Of a stretch of 64,000 bases of DNA, positions 1-13,463 are shown one piece after another. A program made the translations under genes and the position numbers. Location of the stretch: assembly GCF_009914755.1 (NCBI RefSeq), contig NC_060929.1, one strand, 5' to 3'. Within the stretch, counting starts at the first letter, position 1; each line of letters begins with the position of its first letter. Source of the stretch: the human T2T-CHM13v2.0 reference genome, Homo sapiens. The notes beneath the pieces were generated by a model. It saw only the letters and a program-made list of their open reading frames with translations, had not been told where the DNA came from and ran no database searches.

Positions 1-284
1 CTGTGAACCCAGGTCCATCCAAAGGCAGGGGAGGGGCAGAATCTTTCACTGATCGAGTGTTTAATCAGCAGAGACTGATAAAGTACTCAATTAAGCTAGA
101 TTTGGTACCTGAAATTAACATAAATTAACAGAATTAAGGTTTTCACTGTCAAAGTGGAAAATCAGAATCGGAGATCTGATTGCTTATAAAGTTCAATGAC
201 CAAGTTGAGTGTATAAAAAATGAAAAACTATTCTGTCTGTTATGCTTTCATTTATTTAGCCATGGGATAGACTAAACACAAGCA

Positions 285-392
285 TCTCATTTGCACAGCA
301 AATCAGAGGGTTGTGCTATTATTACCATTTTACAGATAAGAAGACTGAAGCCTAGGGAAGTTGAAAAACTTGGACTCAAAACCAAGTTTGAG
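285..392 (-). mobile_element. MIR SINE fragment
   Basis: 'attaccattttacagataagaagactgaagcctagggaagttgaaaaactt' matches the reverse complement of the MIR core. Confidence 0.7.
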
Positions 393-734
393 TGAATTGT
401 ACGGCATGTGAATTTTATCTCAAAAAAGTGGCTACAAAACAAAACAAAATGAAACAGGTCTGCTTGGTCATAAAGCCCATATACCATACACCACAGAATA
501 TATCTGGTTTAGGTTGGGCTATTGCTGGCAGGAAGAATAGGTTAGTTCAGGTCATATTCTTCCTTTTTAAGAGAGTGTGATATATCCCAAAGCAGAGATT
601 TATTAATTTTCTTTTAAAAACAGTTCTAAGGGCCTGACAAAACAAACTGATAAAAGTTCTGCGTTTGGAAAAAACAACAACAACAAAAAAAAAAGTTTTG
701 CATTTTTGTGTTCACGGGGATGAGAGTTCCATAA

Positions 735-1182
<448 letters not shown>

Positions 1183-1829
1183 AGATTCATCACTTTTCAA
1201 AACTATGTTTCGTGTGCTATTAATAAAAATCTTAATTTAATCCCTTATTTAAGGCACTGGTACCACTTTGAAGAGGGAATTGCCAAATACACTAGGAGGA
1301 ATTCATACCGTTTTTATGTCCTTCTAAATGCAAAGTGGATCATAACATTATAAGATTTATGAAGAAATATTCATTCTGTTTTTTAAAGTTTCTTCTAAGT
1401 TCACAAGCACGATGACCTCTTGTTTCATAATTTATGGTAATGAATTCACGTTGTAGCTCATTTTGTAATACATTCTCTTAGAAAAATTACTTGACCTGGG
1501 GTGTTAAAATGGATATGTACTGAGATGACAAGTTTGAAAGCCTTTCAAGAGCTCTGTTCACAAGTTATCAGAGGAATGAAGGCGACATTTCAGAGTCCTT
1601 TAATTATGTCAGATGATGTGATAAGGAAAATAATATCCTAACTGACAAATCAAAATCATACGTTGGGATGAAGTCAGTTACATACACAATAGATTCCTTT
1701 CTCTTGAAAGCGATGGTCTGGACACATTTCAGTAACTTTCTTCTTTAGCCACAAACAGTGAACCACAGAGAAAGCATGAAGTCTGCATTTCTGCATGGGG
1801 CATTTTCAAAATGCTGACTTGCTGCCATG

Positions 1830-2110
1830 GAAGGTCGCCCAGCATACTGAGCAAAGTGAAAAAAATGCAAGTTGCACAACAATGCGTGCAGTGTGACACC
1901 ATTCACAGGGGAAAACAGATATGATAAGATGTATTATGATCTGATACAATACTATACTATATTATGTTATGTAGAAGGACAATTCTGAAAAGACCCAAAG
2001 GAAACAGTTAATAATTGTTGCTTTTGGGAAGAATAAATTGGGGATGATGGTGTCTTTTGCATATTATATTTCAAAAGGTTTTATGTTAGCAATATTAAAA
2101 ATATTAAAAT
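1830..2110 (+). mobile_element. Ancient L1M (L1ME-like) 3' fragment
   Basis: 'aagtgaaaaaaatgcaagttgcacaacaat...gtgtgacaccatt' resembles an L1ME 3'UTR; highly diverged. Confidence 0.5.
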
Positions 2111-3039
2111 GAACGAGTAAAGAAAATAGAAAAGAAAAGAGAGTTGCCACATCGTAAAGAATAGCAGGTAAGGAGGCTCGGTTTGTCCAGCGGGAATGGA
2201 CCCCAGCATCCCTCACTTGGTCATTCATCAGCGATTAGTTGACTCCTTTGTATGTGAACATCCTGATGTACTGTCTCATCTCCTTTGATACCATACACCC
2301 TGACAGGGTGTCCAATTGATTTCATGCAGGGCAGCAACTCATACACAGGTTGGACAAGCTTGATTAGCTCAGTTGGTGTGAGAGAACCAACAGCAAAAAA
2401 TAAACCCTGGAGAAGTTCAGTTTTGACCTTCTTGCTCCATTGTCCTGCTAATGCGGAATATTGAAAACATCTATTCTGTGAGATTTGTAGAATACAGTTT
2501 GATTTATTTTACTTTACGATTCAAACTGTATGCTTTCACTTTTTAAAAGGACCACATATCCATGTGGAAAGAGAAACATCTATTTTCTAGACATTTTAAA
2601 CCTTCTCTGAGCTGTCATTTTATTCTTCAGAGTCTACCTTCCTTCAGCTGGAGATCTGATGTGCTGGTAGAGAATCAATGGTGGTATATTTGAAAAATCA
2701 ATGCTAATGGGTTCCAACATCAAATCAAAAGGTGGGTATTTCCAGTGAAAACTTTCAAATGTATTAAAAATAGCACTCGGTTTGTTATTTTTTAATAGAA
2801 TGTAAGATTTTGAAGAATTTGGCAAAGTGTCAGAGATAGGCTACAAGCAAGTCTGTGTATAAGCAAATACCTGCCAGCCTTGTTATCTGAGCTGGGGGGC
2901 TTTGCTGTGCTTCTCTCTGATTTCTGAGATGTGACATGCCCACAGAACAAAACTCCTTTCTAGGATATAACAGAGAAAACTAGATTCCAGAGATGTGGCC
3001 TCGTTTTCATATTTCTGTCCCTTAAAAGTGCTATGTTCA

Positions 3040-3860
3040 TTCTCACTGCGGGTTCTTCACATTACTTTTCCTTCTGCTTGGAATGGTTTTTCCTAAGATC
3101 TTCACATAGCTGCCTTTGTTCCATCATTTAGATCTATGATAGGTAGAATAACAACCCTCTTCTGCCCCCATGCCCTCCTACCCCCGAACCCTGATGATGT
3201 CCTAATCCTTGGAACTTTACTGACGTGATTAAGTTAAGGATGTAGAGATGGGAGGATTATCTAGGTAGGTCCAATGTATTCACAAGGGTCCTTTTAGGTG
3301 TAAGAAGACAGGAAAGTGAGTATCAGAAGCACAAAAGGGTCTGAGGATGCTAATCTGCTGGTTTTGCAGTTGGAGGAAGAGGACCACAGGAAGGACTGCT
3401 GACATCCTCTCAATGCAGGAAAAGGTAGGGAAATGGGTTCTTCCTAGACCCTCAGAGAGAATGCAGCCCTGCTGACAACCTGCTTTTAGCTTAATGAGAC
3501 CTCTGTTGGACATCTGACTTTCAGAATTATGAGTTCATAAATTTGTAGGATTAAGTCATTAAATTTTGGTAATTTACCATGGCAGCAATAGGAAACTAAT
3601 ACAAGGTCATAACTCAATTGTCACCTCTTAGAACTTCTTCAAACCCCAACTAAAGAGTCTTCAATCACTCTTTACTGTGTCATTTTATACTCTTCATAGT
3701 ATTTATCAATACCTGAAAAAATTTGAGATAATAAGTACAATTTTAAATAGTTTTCTTCCATTCGAATATGAACTCCTAGAAGCAGCAGGGACTGTCTTGC
3801 TCACCATGGTAGCCCCAGCACCTAGAATAATGTCTGGCACATAGTAGGTCCTCATGAAAA
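3040..3860 (+). mobile_element. L2 LINE 3' fragment, split by an MLT1 LTR
   Basis: 'cttctgcttggaatgg' before the LTR and 'ccccagcacctagaataatgtctggcacatagtaggtcctca' (L2 3' end) after it. Confidence 0.7.
3137..3603 (+). mobile_element. MLT1C/D-like MaLR solo LTR
   Basis: 'gtgattaagttaaggatgtagagatgggaggattatc', 'atgcagccctgctgaca' and the terminal 'gcagcaataggaaactaataca'. Confidence 0.85.
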
Positions 3861-4829
3861 CAGTACTGCTCCTTCCTTTACAGTCATTCTTCTTCCTCCT
3901 CCTCTTCTTTTCCAGAATATATCTGTGGGAAGAAAAAAAAATTTCATTTAAAATATTTGTTTTTTTTGGAAAATAAGCCATTTGGAGCAATTTTTAAATG
4001 GATGGGTGTAAGAGTCCTCTTGCACCTCTCCCCTCACCTGCTTGCTTTTTTTCCCAAGGTTGAGAGTGAGTCTGGCCAAGTAAGTTATTCCAGAATTCCA
4101 TCAGATAGTTCAAGCCAAGAAAGGGGCTGAAATTTCAAGATTTGTATCTCTGATAATTCATTGAGGGATGAAAATTGGGCCTGAGCTTGACGTATTTCTA
4201 GATGTGACGTTACTGTTCATTGGTGGTTTAGTGGAAATCTTCCGCAGGCAAGTACTACAGAAGAGATTGGAGGATGGGTGGGTGGAGGCATTTGTGAAAT
4301 GCCTGTGCTTGGCACACAAGAGTCTACCTTCCTTGGCCACTGTGGACTTGTCCAGCCTCATCCTTACTCTCTCCCCTTTATGCAGGTTATGTTCCAAGAT
4401 CCCTGGAATTCTTGCAGATCCCTTGAAACACTATGCTTTCATTCCTTGTATCTTTCTCCTGCTGCTTCTGAGCCTGAAAGGTCTGTCTTCTCTTTGTCTC
4501 TGTGGTAAACTCCTGGTCTTCCTTGAGAGAACAGTTTTCTTCTTCTACTCCTGTCTGTGTCTCCCTGGGTAACTTGTATTTACTAAGAGTTCTAACAGAT
4601 ACGTCTTCATGGTCATCTGTCTGAAGACAGGGACACTGTCTCGTGCCCTCTTGAATCCCAAATGCAAAGCATAGGTATGGCACAGTCATTTTCTGGAGGT
4701 AGGAATCTCCATCCTGCATTAGACTGGACCAAGATCATGCACTATTCATTTCTGAATCTCAGAATCATGATGGCCTGGAGTGGCACTGAATATGTGTTTA
4801 ATGGCTAGACTTAAATGCCACGGGTGACA

Positions 4830-5420
4830 GAGACTGCTTGCTATTCCCTAGTGATATTTTTAACTTATAAGATTTTTACCTTGACACTTAGCTAACTGGA
4901 ACATTTCTCAGCTTTATAGCCAGCTATGGCCAAGTGATCATGTTACAGTCAATGAAATTTGAGTGGAAGTGTCATGTGGTAGATTCTAGAAACCTTTGTT
5001 AAGAGATGGATGCAATGTGCCCTTTCTTTGGATTCTGTCTCCTATCTTCCAGTTTGGAATATAAATGCCTTTAGTCATGTGTCATCAGAATCCCAGTGCA
5101 GTACCCTGGGACTAGTAACAGTGAGAAAGTGTTACCACTCCAGGCCTGGGGCAAAAGAAAGGAGACGTTAATTGGTATCTGGAAGAAGAGTGTTCTTTGA
5201 GGGCCTCCCATCAGGAGCCATAACTTTCTATGGAAAGAACTAGCAGCCTGCAGGGACGTAGCTAAGAAAATAAATATCTGACCCCTCACCCTTCTGCATC
5301 CTCAAATCAATGCTCCCTATAAGCTGAACCAACCAGAAATCAGAAAATAAGGGAGCCCATTGATGTGAACCTTGGAGGCCCATCTCCAAGGGAATAACAG
5401 GTGGAGTAGAGATATCTAGC
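4830..5420. mobile_element. Old MLT1 (J/K-like) LTR fragments
   Basis: 'caatgaaatttgagtggaagtg' and 'aaccaaccagaaatcagaaaataagggagcccattgatg' are typical of old MLT1 LTRs. Probably two pieces in opposite orientations. Confidence 0.5.
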
Positions 5421-5609
5421 ACACCTGGGTAGACCTGCTTTCTCATTTTTAAGATAAGGGAATTAGATTAAATGATCTCTACTATTCTTTCTGGTTGTAA
5501 TATTTCAGTGGATTTTCTCCATTCAAGCATTTTACAAGCCTTCCTGTTACCTACAGTCAGGCATTCCTGAGCATCAGGTCTTATAGACCAATGTTCCCAA
5601 CTCAAAATT

Positions 5610-6640
5610 ATATTAATTGATGAAAGGAAGACAACTAGAACAATAGGTCATATTAAAGAGCCCATAAACAGACCCACACATATATGAACAATTGATTTTA
5701 TGATAAAAATAGCACTGTAGAGTAGTGGCAAAAGGATTATCTTTGTAATAAATCATGCTAGGTCAATTGTATTCTTACACAGAAAAAAATAAATATTAAC
5801 CTGTACCTCATACATAATTATATTTGGACTATGAACCTAAATGTAAAATAAACAAAGCTCCTAAAGAAAACATAAGAAAGTATCTTCGCGACATTGCTAT
5901 AAGGTAAAAGAATGAACAAAAGACTTGAACGAGCATTTCATAAAAGAAGCATATCCAAATGGCCAATAAACATAAGATAAGGCATCTAACTTCACTGGTT
6001 ATCACCAAGATGACTAACATTACAAAGATTGACAGTAACACATGTTGATGAAGATGTGGAGCAACTGGAACTCTCATACTCTGCCAGCGAGTATGAAAAT
6101 TGGTATAGCCACTTTGGAAAACTGTTTTCTAGTATCTACTAAAGTTGAACATATATAAAACCTATGGCCCAGAACAAATAGGTCTATCCACAAAAGATAT
6201 GCATGTGTATATTCACTGAAAAACAAATACAAGAATATTCATTACAGCATTATATGTAAGGGAGAAAAACTGGAAAAATGAAAGTGGAAACCAAGAGTAC
6301 AGTGGATAGAAGACTTGAGGTGTGTTTACATAATTAAATGCTAATATAGAGCAATAAAAATGAATGAATAATTGCTACATGCAACCATGAGGCTGAAACT
6401 CATGAAAAGTACATAGAAAAGCAAATACTGAATGATTACTTTTACCCAGATTAAAAACAGGCAAGCAATAATGGTGTCAGAAAGCAGGGTTATGTTTACC
6501 TTTTGGGAGGATATAGGGATTGGGGTCGGGGCAAGAGGACAGCTACTGGGGTGCTGGTAACTTTTTGTTTGTTTGATCATGGTCATGGTTCTATGAGTGC
6601 GTTTACAGCAAAAGCTCTTTGAGCTATACAGTGATTTCTG
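5610..6640 (+). mobile_element. Ancient L1M (L1MC/ME) late ORF2 and 3'UTR fragment
   Basis: 'gacccacacatatatgaacaattgattt', 'gatgtggagcaactggaactctcatac', 'atgcaaccatgaggctgaaactca'. Confidence 0.85.
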
Positions 6641-6642
6641 CC

Positions 6643-6941
<299 letters not shown>

Positions 6942-8999
6942 GGCTTGTGCTTATTCTTATAAATAGAGACTTAGAAATTTATCGACTTCAGTAAGTAAAC
7001 GTTATCATTGAATACATTTTTTTTTTATAAAAGCTGGAGCAAGAACCTGAACACTAGTCCTTCCATATTCAATAGTAATATAAGGATCAGGACAAGAGCA
7101 TGTCTGTGTTGCCATTGAGGAAGTAACAACAGTGAACACTTCCAAAGAAGATTTCTTTGAACAGATGTTCAAAACCAAAAAGGTTTCCCAAGTCATTTGT
7201 GAAACCAAATTTTCCTGCAGTCTGGAGTCCCGGGTATTGTGTCAGGAATCATATGCAATGAGATCATTTTCTTTTGCCCACATTTCTGCCTGATAAAGAA
7301 AATAAATCTATTTGACAGAGCAAAGAATTGCCTCATATGAAAATACACTGAGAAAAAGGCAGCATTATTCTCAACTCCTAATGCCTAGGAGAAAAATGAT
7401 ATGAGGTTTAAAAGAGTTTTCTGCCCTGAGAAAGGTTCAATTTTTACAGATTCTCTCAGCAATTAGTGCATTTATGAAATAAATTCTGGGCCATCCACAA
7501 GCTAATTCCAACAAGTATTGTAAGTGGCTTTACTGAAAAGACATATCAAAATAATGACAAAAACAACAATGATAACCACAACACCCCAAACAAGAGCCAT
7601 GTTGATGACAAGAGGTGTTAGAGGTAGTTTTAATATAAAATCTGTCTATGCTAAAGAAAGTTAAACTAACTGAGCACCACACTTAACTATTACCCTCCTG
7701 GTGGCCAAGGCAAAAAGAAACCTCGTAAATTGTTTAGCTCATTAAAAAGAAAAAAAAAAAAGAAAGAAAAAGGAAGGAAGGAAGTGTGCTAGTGCAACAT
7801 GAGAGACAAACATTCCTAGAATAGTAAGAGAAAGTAATCAGGAGGGTTTGTTTTACATATGGTTTTAAACATCATAATAGAATTTGTCATTATAGGAAGT
7901 TTTATAGTATATATGAAACATTCTCAATTATCCCTGGCAAAAGGCAAAGGCATAACAACATTAAGTCGTGGTTTCTTAAAGGTACAATGTAATCAATGAA
8001 CTCCTGGCTTTGAAGCAGTTGTGTAGTGTCCTGGAGGATGTGAAGAATTTGTGTAGCCTGAGTTTCCTTGGTCACACTACTCTGGGCAAAGTTAGAGTAA
8101 CCAGCAGGGTCTGTCTGGCCCTGCCCCTCATCAACAGTGCAGAATCCCTCTAGCTGCTCCTGGGAACCCCCAGGGGATGGCACATGTGTGCTCACCATAT
8201 GGCCCTTTCAGCTACCATATGACCCTGCACTCAGCTTCCCCCTGCTACAGCTCCCTGCAGTGATGTTTGTGTTGGGGCATGATGGACCCACCCCCAATGA
8301 GGACACTGACACCTCCAACCTGCTATGGCTATGCTTCAAAGCCACAAAATGTATCCCCTGCTGCTGGAGCTGTTGGCACTGACCCTTCTCTGTCTCTCTC
8401 ACACCCACCAAATGTGATGCCTCCCTCTCCTTCTTCTGCCCGGATTGGGGCGAGGTGGCCACAGTGCAAATTCTGTTTTTTCTGGACTCCATACAACTCC
8501 AATCTCAACCCCAACCAGAAGGCACCATAACACTTTCTTGTGCTCTCCTCTGGACCATCCAAAAGCTGCCTTCTGGGCTGCCTGACAGTCATATTCTTAG
8601 TCTTACATGTTCCTACAGCGTCTCTTCTTTAGGAGCCAACTGTGGGGGGCTAGACCAGAAATGTTCTGATTTTGAGAAAAGCGTGAAGTTTATGAGTTTT
8701 ACTTTCTGATATGGGTCTATTACCTTGAACCAAGCCAGTATGCCAGGCTTTATATCCCTAAAATACGCCTTTCCCAAAAGGAGGACCATCTTCCAGGAAT
8801 GTCCAGGCATGTGTGAATCCAGGAGGAACATGGCGTGAACCTCAGCAGAGACTCCACCCATATTAGCATGTCCTTAATAGCTCCCCAATGTTTGTATTTA
8901 CTGCCTAGATCTTGTCCAAAGCCAGGCTTTTCCAGAAAGTGCACATTCCTCTTCTGATCTTGCATCGTGCCAGAGAGGCAGCTCTGTTTAAATAGCAAT

Positions 9000-9200
9000 A
9001 GTCATAGTTGCTTAATGCCTGTTTCACACCGTATACTGTGAGGCATTATTTCTGCTTTTCACAATCACTGCAAGGAAAGTGCTGCTATTCAAATTTTAAA
9101 TACAAAGAGGTCAAGTAGAGAGGTTAAGTGATTTCCCCAAGGCCACAATGAGTGGTAAAGCTAAGACTCAAACCCAGATTGGTTGGAATCAAGCCTAGGC
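9000..9200 (-). mobile_element. MIR
   Basis: 'agagaggttaagtgatttccccaaggccaca...gactcaaacccaga'. Confidence 0.75.
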
Positions 9201-9574
9201 TTGTCTTGTGTAATACAGTTCAGTATTACCCAGGCCCTGGAACCGAAATCTGCGTATGAACAGCTCTCTTAGGACATATTCAAATATTTTCATCCTCTTT
9301 GCTGAGAATTTAAGAGATGAATGTGGACTCCCAAACACACACAGCCTCTTGAGTCCTGGCATAAAGTCTGTTCTCAGACTTCTTTAGATAGATTTCACAC
9401 TGTCATCATTTTCTAACCTAGGGTAGCTTCCACCTCAAGTACAATAGGAATATATTCTAGTAGTTGATCAGTTCAAATTTCCTCCATTTCCACGGCTCAT
9501 TCTTGGCTCAGAAAACCCTGAGCCTACTCAGGCTGAGGGGGACCCCCCTCTTGTGCTTCCAGGTGTCACATGAT

Positions 9575-10346
9575 TGAAACCACTTTTGCAAAGATTATGA
9601 CAGCAAGAGAGGTCTAGCATGGCTGACTCCATCTTGCTTCTAGTCTCACAGGCTGACTGTCCTTGCTCATTCCTGGGCATACGCCAAGCTAACTATGGAA
9701 GGAATTTAGTTTACAGTTTAACTTTAGAACAAGGATGATAATAGTCCCTCCCTAAAACTAACCTCCTTCTTGCTGAGGGACAGAAGCTGCCTTTGTAAAA
9801 CTAATGAAAGGCCATGAGATTAGGATTATGGAAGGGGCCTGAATTCTGCTAAAATGTAGGCATAGTTTTTATAATCCCTATGCTGGAGAGCATGTGGCCA
9901 GAGGCCATAATATTTGTGACTTTCACAATTATTGCTACAGATAACATCACTATTGTATAACCTAATATTGGTCTTTTGAGACGTTTTTCAGACTTTTGCA
10001 TTCTGGCAACTGACTGACCCCACCTGGACACGTAACTCATGTCTTAATCACACCTGTGGTCACAACCCAGAGGCAGATTCAGCACACGAGGACCATTTTT
10101 CACACCCTTATGATTTCATCCCCAACCAATCAGCAGCACCCATTCCCTACCCACCTGTCCACCAAATTATTCATAAAAACTCTAGCCTCTGAGTTCTCGG
10201 AGAGGCAATTTGAGTAATAATAAACTCCTGTCCTTCTGCTTGGTCAGTCTTGCATTAACTAAATTCTTTCTTTACTGCAAGACTGCTGTCTCAGTAAATT
10301 GGGTTTATCTGTGCAGCCAGCAAGAAGAACCCATCAGGCAATCACA
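9575..10346 (+). mobile_element. LTR8A/LTR8B-like ERV1 solo LTR, complete
   Basis: Begins TGAAACCAC..TTTGCAAAGATTATGACAG, contains 'ggctgactccatcttgcttctag' and AATAAA near 10218, and ends 'caagaagaacccatcaggcaatcaCA'. Confidence 0.88.
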
Positions 10347-10429
10347 TTAATACCCCTGTGAAAGCCCTTTCCCTGAAATCAACATTTCTTGCTATCTTGC
10401 TTTTTCCTGTCCCACAGCTCTGTTTCCAT

Positions 10430-10873
10430 TTAGGGATTCCTGTGCAGCTGACTCTCACATCTACCTCCAGGGTGGAGCCTGTGACCATCTTTTGGTCATG
10501 TAATTGATTAGCTCAGCTTAGCCACCAGCCCCACCCTGAACCACACTGAGTCTCAGGACATTTTCCAGGAGTGCTGGGGCAAAGACACATTCTTTCTCAT
10601 GGGATCTGAAAAAGGAAGCATGTTTCTCTGAGAGTTGCTTATGGCCATTTTGGGACTCTGAGCAGGGTCAGCCTTAGAATGCAGCCAGTATCCCAGAAGG
10701 CAGGTAGAGAAATGGAAAAGAAACCCAATGGCTGAGCTGCTGGGAGTGAGCTTGTCTTAGGCAAACCTTCCTTGAGAGTTTTCAGTCATGTGAGCCAATC
10801 AATTTCCTTCCTGGTTTGAGCCTGATTGAGCCAGATTTTCTGTTGCTTGCAATACAAGCATCTTACATCTACA
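10430..10873 (+). mobile_element. MLT1K/L-like old MaLR LTR
   Basis: 'ttcagtcatgtgagccaatcaatttcctt...gattttctgttgcttgcaa' is an MLT1 3' end. Confidence 0.7.
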
Positions 10874-11894
10874 TTTTGCAATAATGGTCAAATTTTTTGT
10901 TGTCTCTCTCCCTAGATTGTGAGCTCCTTGATCCCTAAGAGAAAATTGGTTGAAGGAATGAAAGGACAAAAAGATAAAAGGAAAAAGAAATCAGTTGCTC
11001 ATGTGTGTTGAGGACTTGTTTAAGGCCATTACCATTTAACTAGCTATTCACTGCTCTTCCTGATTCATGGACATTCCAATTAAAGAGCTGGATCCTTTGA
11101 GAAATCTTCAATACCAATATCCATGGTCAGGAACAGTGCTCATTTAGCAGAAAGGAGGTCAACTCCACCAGAACTTATGAAATCTGCAGAGCAAGGAATA
11201 ACTCAGAGAATCTTGCAGATGAACTTGCATTTCTTATCATGTGATAAACAAAGAAACTTTAATTTATCCATCGTAAATCAGGGTCTTGGAAATAAAGCAT
11301 GGGGAAATGGATGTCTATAGGAGCCCTCTGCAGAAATGTTGCCCCTTGACTCCAAGCTCAGAGAGGCTTGTATTTGAAGATGTCAGCAGCCTCCCGCTCC
11401 ACAAATGAATCATGAGAAGGAGGGAATGAAGGTGGTTGAAGTAGGTGTGGGCCTTTCATCCTCTACAGTATGCCTATCGTGAGTATCTGATGTTGTTATG
11501 TGCACTTATGTGTACTTGCACACATGCACCCATCTAAAACAACATTTTCTGTTGGGAGTTTCAAAAGAAAAAAGTGAAGCTGTTACTGAAGCCCCAGAAG
11601 AAAAGATTTGCATAAATGGGGATGGATTTCTTGCAATCTCCCCTGGTGCTGCTTGTCCCAGTCCTTGCCCCACCCACCTACTACACACACAGGAACAGCT
11701 CTTCTCTGCAAGAAATGCTAGACAGGAGGAAGTGCCCTGGCCTTGACCTCCTGCTTTCACAGCATCACACATCAGTGGTGGTGAGTGCCGTGGAGGAAGC
11801 ATTGCATGCATAACTGAGTTAGCAAATAGGAAAGAGGGCTTTCAGAGAGTAGTGGGGAGAAGAGGAAGGGTGGCAGAAAGTATTGCTGCAAGAA

Positions 11895-12020
11895 CTAAGC
11901 TCTAGGCCTGGCACTGCCACCATATCTGAGCAAGTCCTTATGCTTCTCTACACCTTGATTTCTTCAATGGCAAACTGGGGAGATTCTGGGTAACAAGATA
12001 AGGCATGATGTCTGCTACCA
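11895..12020 (+). mobile_element. MIR
   Basis: 'gagcaagtccttatgcttctctacaccttgatttcttcaatggcaaactgggga' is a degenerate MIR core. Confidence 0.55.
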
Positions 12021-12349
12021 CATGGAAATAAGAAGGAACACAAAAGCCATTTTTCCAGCTCCTCCAGGGTTTGTCCCACCACCACCACCAGCTACCAGGG
12101 AGACTGTGCCCTGAATTCCTTCTTTTTTTCCCATAGATGTTCAACAGCCTCCTCCACACTCAGAGTGTCTCATTTCCAGAAGACTCATGACTCCTGCCAT
12201 GCTGTCCCATCTATGAATAGAGAAAAGGAACATTTACTTGGTACTCCAAAACTGTGGGGATCACAACGCAAAGACCACCTGAAAGAGTGTCACAAAGAAA
12301 AATACACCTGTAAAAGGCTACTAACCAGCTATCATCCTATCAACAGCCG

Positions 12350-12760
12350 CACACTCATTCACTCATTTACTTGTTCAACAAATATTTATGTCGAAGTTAA
12401 TCACTTACTCAACAAATAATTATACTGCCAGGATCTGGAGGTACAAGAGTAAATAAAGTATAGAAATTCCTTTTTTGCTGTTTAGTTTAGTAGGAGATAC
12501 AAGTAATAAAGCAACTTTAAAAGCACTATAATTAGATTGCCTTGGATAGAAAGTTATAAAGTACTATTATAGTGCACATCATGGTGGGGGCAGTGGGTTG
12601 CTCCTAGTCTGTCCAAAGGAAGGTGGAAGGGTGAGCAGCAGAAGTGATCAGGGAAAGAAGAGGTGGGGTTGGGTCTACAGAGAGTGTTCCAGGCAAGGAA
12701 CAGCCGGGTGAGGCCTGAAGGTGAGAGTGAGAGAGGACAGGTGGGTTGCAACAGAGATTG
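12350..12760 (-). mobile_element. L2 LINE 3' portion
   Basis: 'cattcactcatttacttgttcaacaaatatttat' (reverse L2 tail) and 'gtgttccaggcaaggaacagc'. Confidence 0.75.
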
Positions 12761-13010
12761 TTTGAGGACAAGTGTGTGGAAGCGGGGAAGCCTGAATAAA
12801 GTGGTGGTAATAGTGTACTTCGGTAGATTCTTGGGCAAGAGCATGACCTTACAAATATACTTTAGGAAAAAAAAAACAGTCTGTTTTCTATATTCAGCAT
12901 GCATTGGAAGTGACAGAGACCAGAGGTAGGGAGAAGGGCAAGGGGATTTTAGTAGTAATGAGGACAAGGACCAGAGTGCTATCCCTGAAAACAGAGAATA
13001 AAGAACAGGT

Positions 13011-13463
13011 AGAGCAAAGACATGGAATCAACCCAAATGCCCATCAATGACAGACTGGATAAAGAAAATGTGGGACATATTCACCATGGAATACTATGCA
13101 GCCACAAAAAGGAATGAGATCACATCCATTGCAGGGACATGGATGGAGCTGCAAGCCATTATCCTCAGCAAACTAACACAGGAACAGAAAATCAAACACC
13201 GTATGTTCTCACTCGTAAGTGGGAGCTGAACAATGAGAACACCTGGACACAGGGAGGGGAACAACACACACTGGGGCCTGTTGGAGGGTGGGGTAGGGGG
13301 AGAGCATCAAGATAAATAGTTAATGCACACGGGACTTAATACCTAGGTGATGGGTTGATCGTGCAGCAAACCACCATGGCACACGTTTACCTATGTGACA
13401 AACCTGCACATCCTGCACATGTACCCCAGAACTTAAAATAAAAATAAAAATTAATTAAACAAA
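13011..13463 (+). mobile_element. L1PA (PA10-13-like) 5'-truncated 3' end
   Basis: ORF2 C-terminus (ORF 13047..13229), G-rich 3'UTR and A-rich tail. TSD aaagaacag at 13000-13008 and 13464-13472. Confidence 0.93.

Noticed and set aside
4168-4719. Cluster of overlapping 76-134 aa ORFs
   Set aside because: No recognisable homology; they overlap decayed L2-like sequence and have lengths expected by chance.
7691-7710. CTCF motif (minus strand TGGCCACCAGGAGGGTA); also a candidate at ~35812-35832
   Set aside because: Both miss the key GGC at the 3' end of the core, so they are not supportable without a PWM scan or ChIP data.
8040-8720. Possible old LTR or unique regulatory block
   Set aside because: The texture suggests an ancient LTR, but I could not assign a family or termini.
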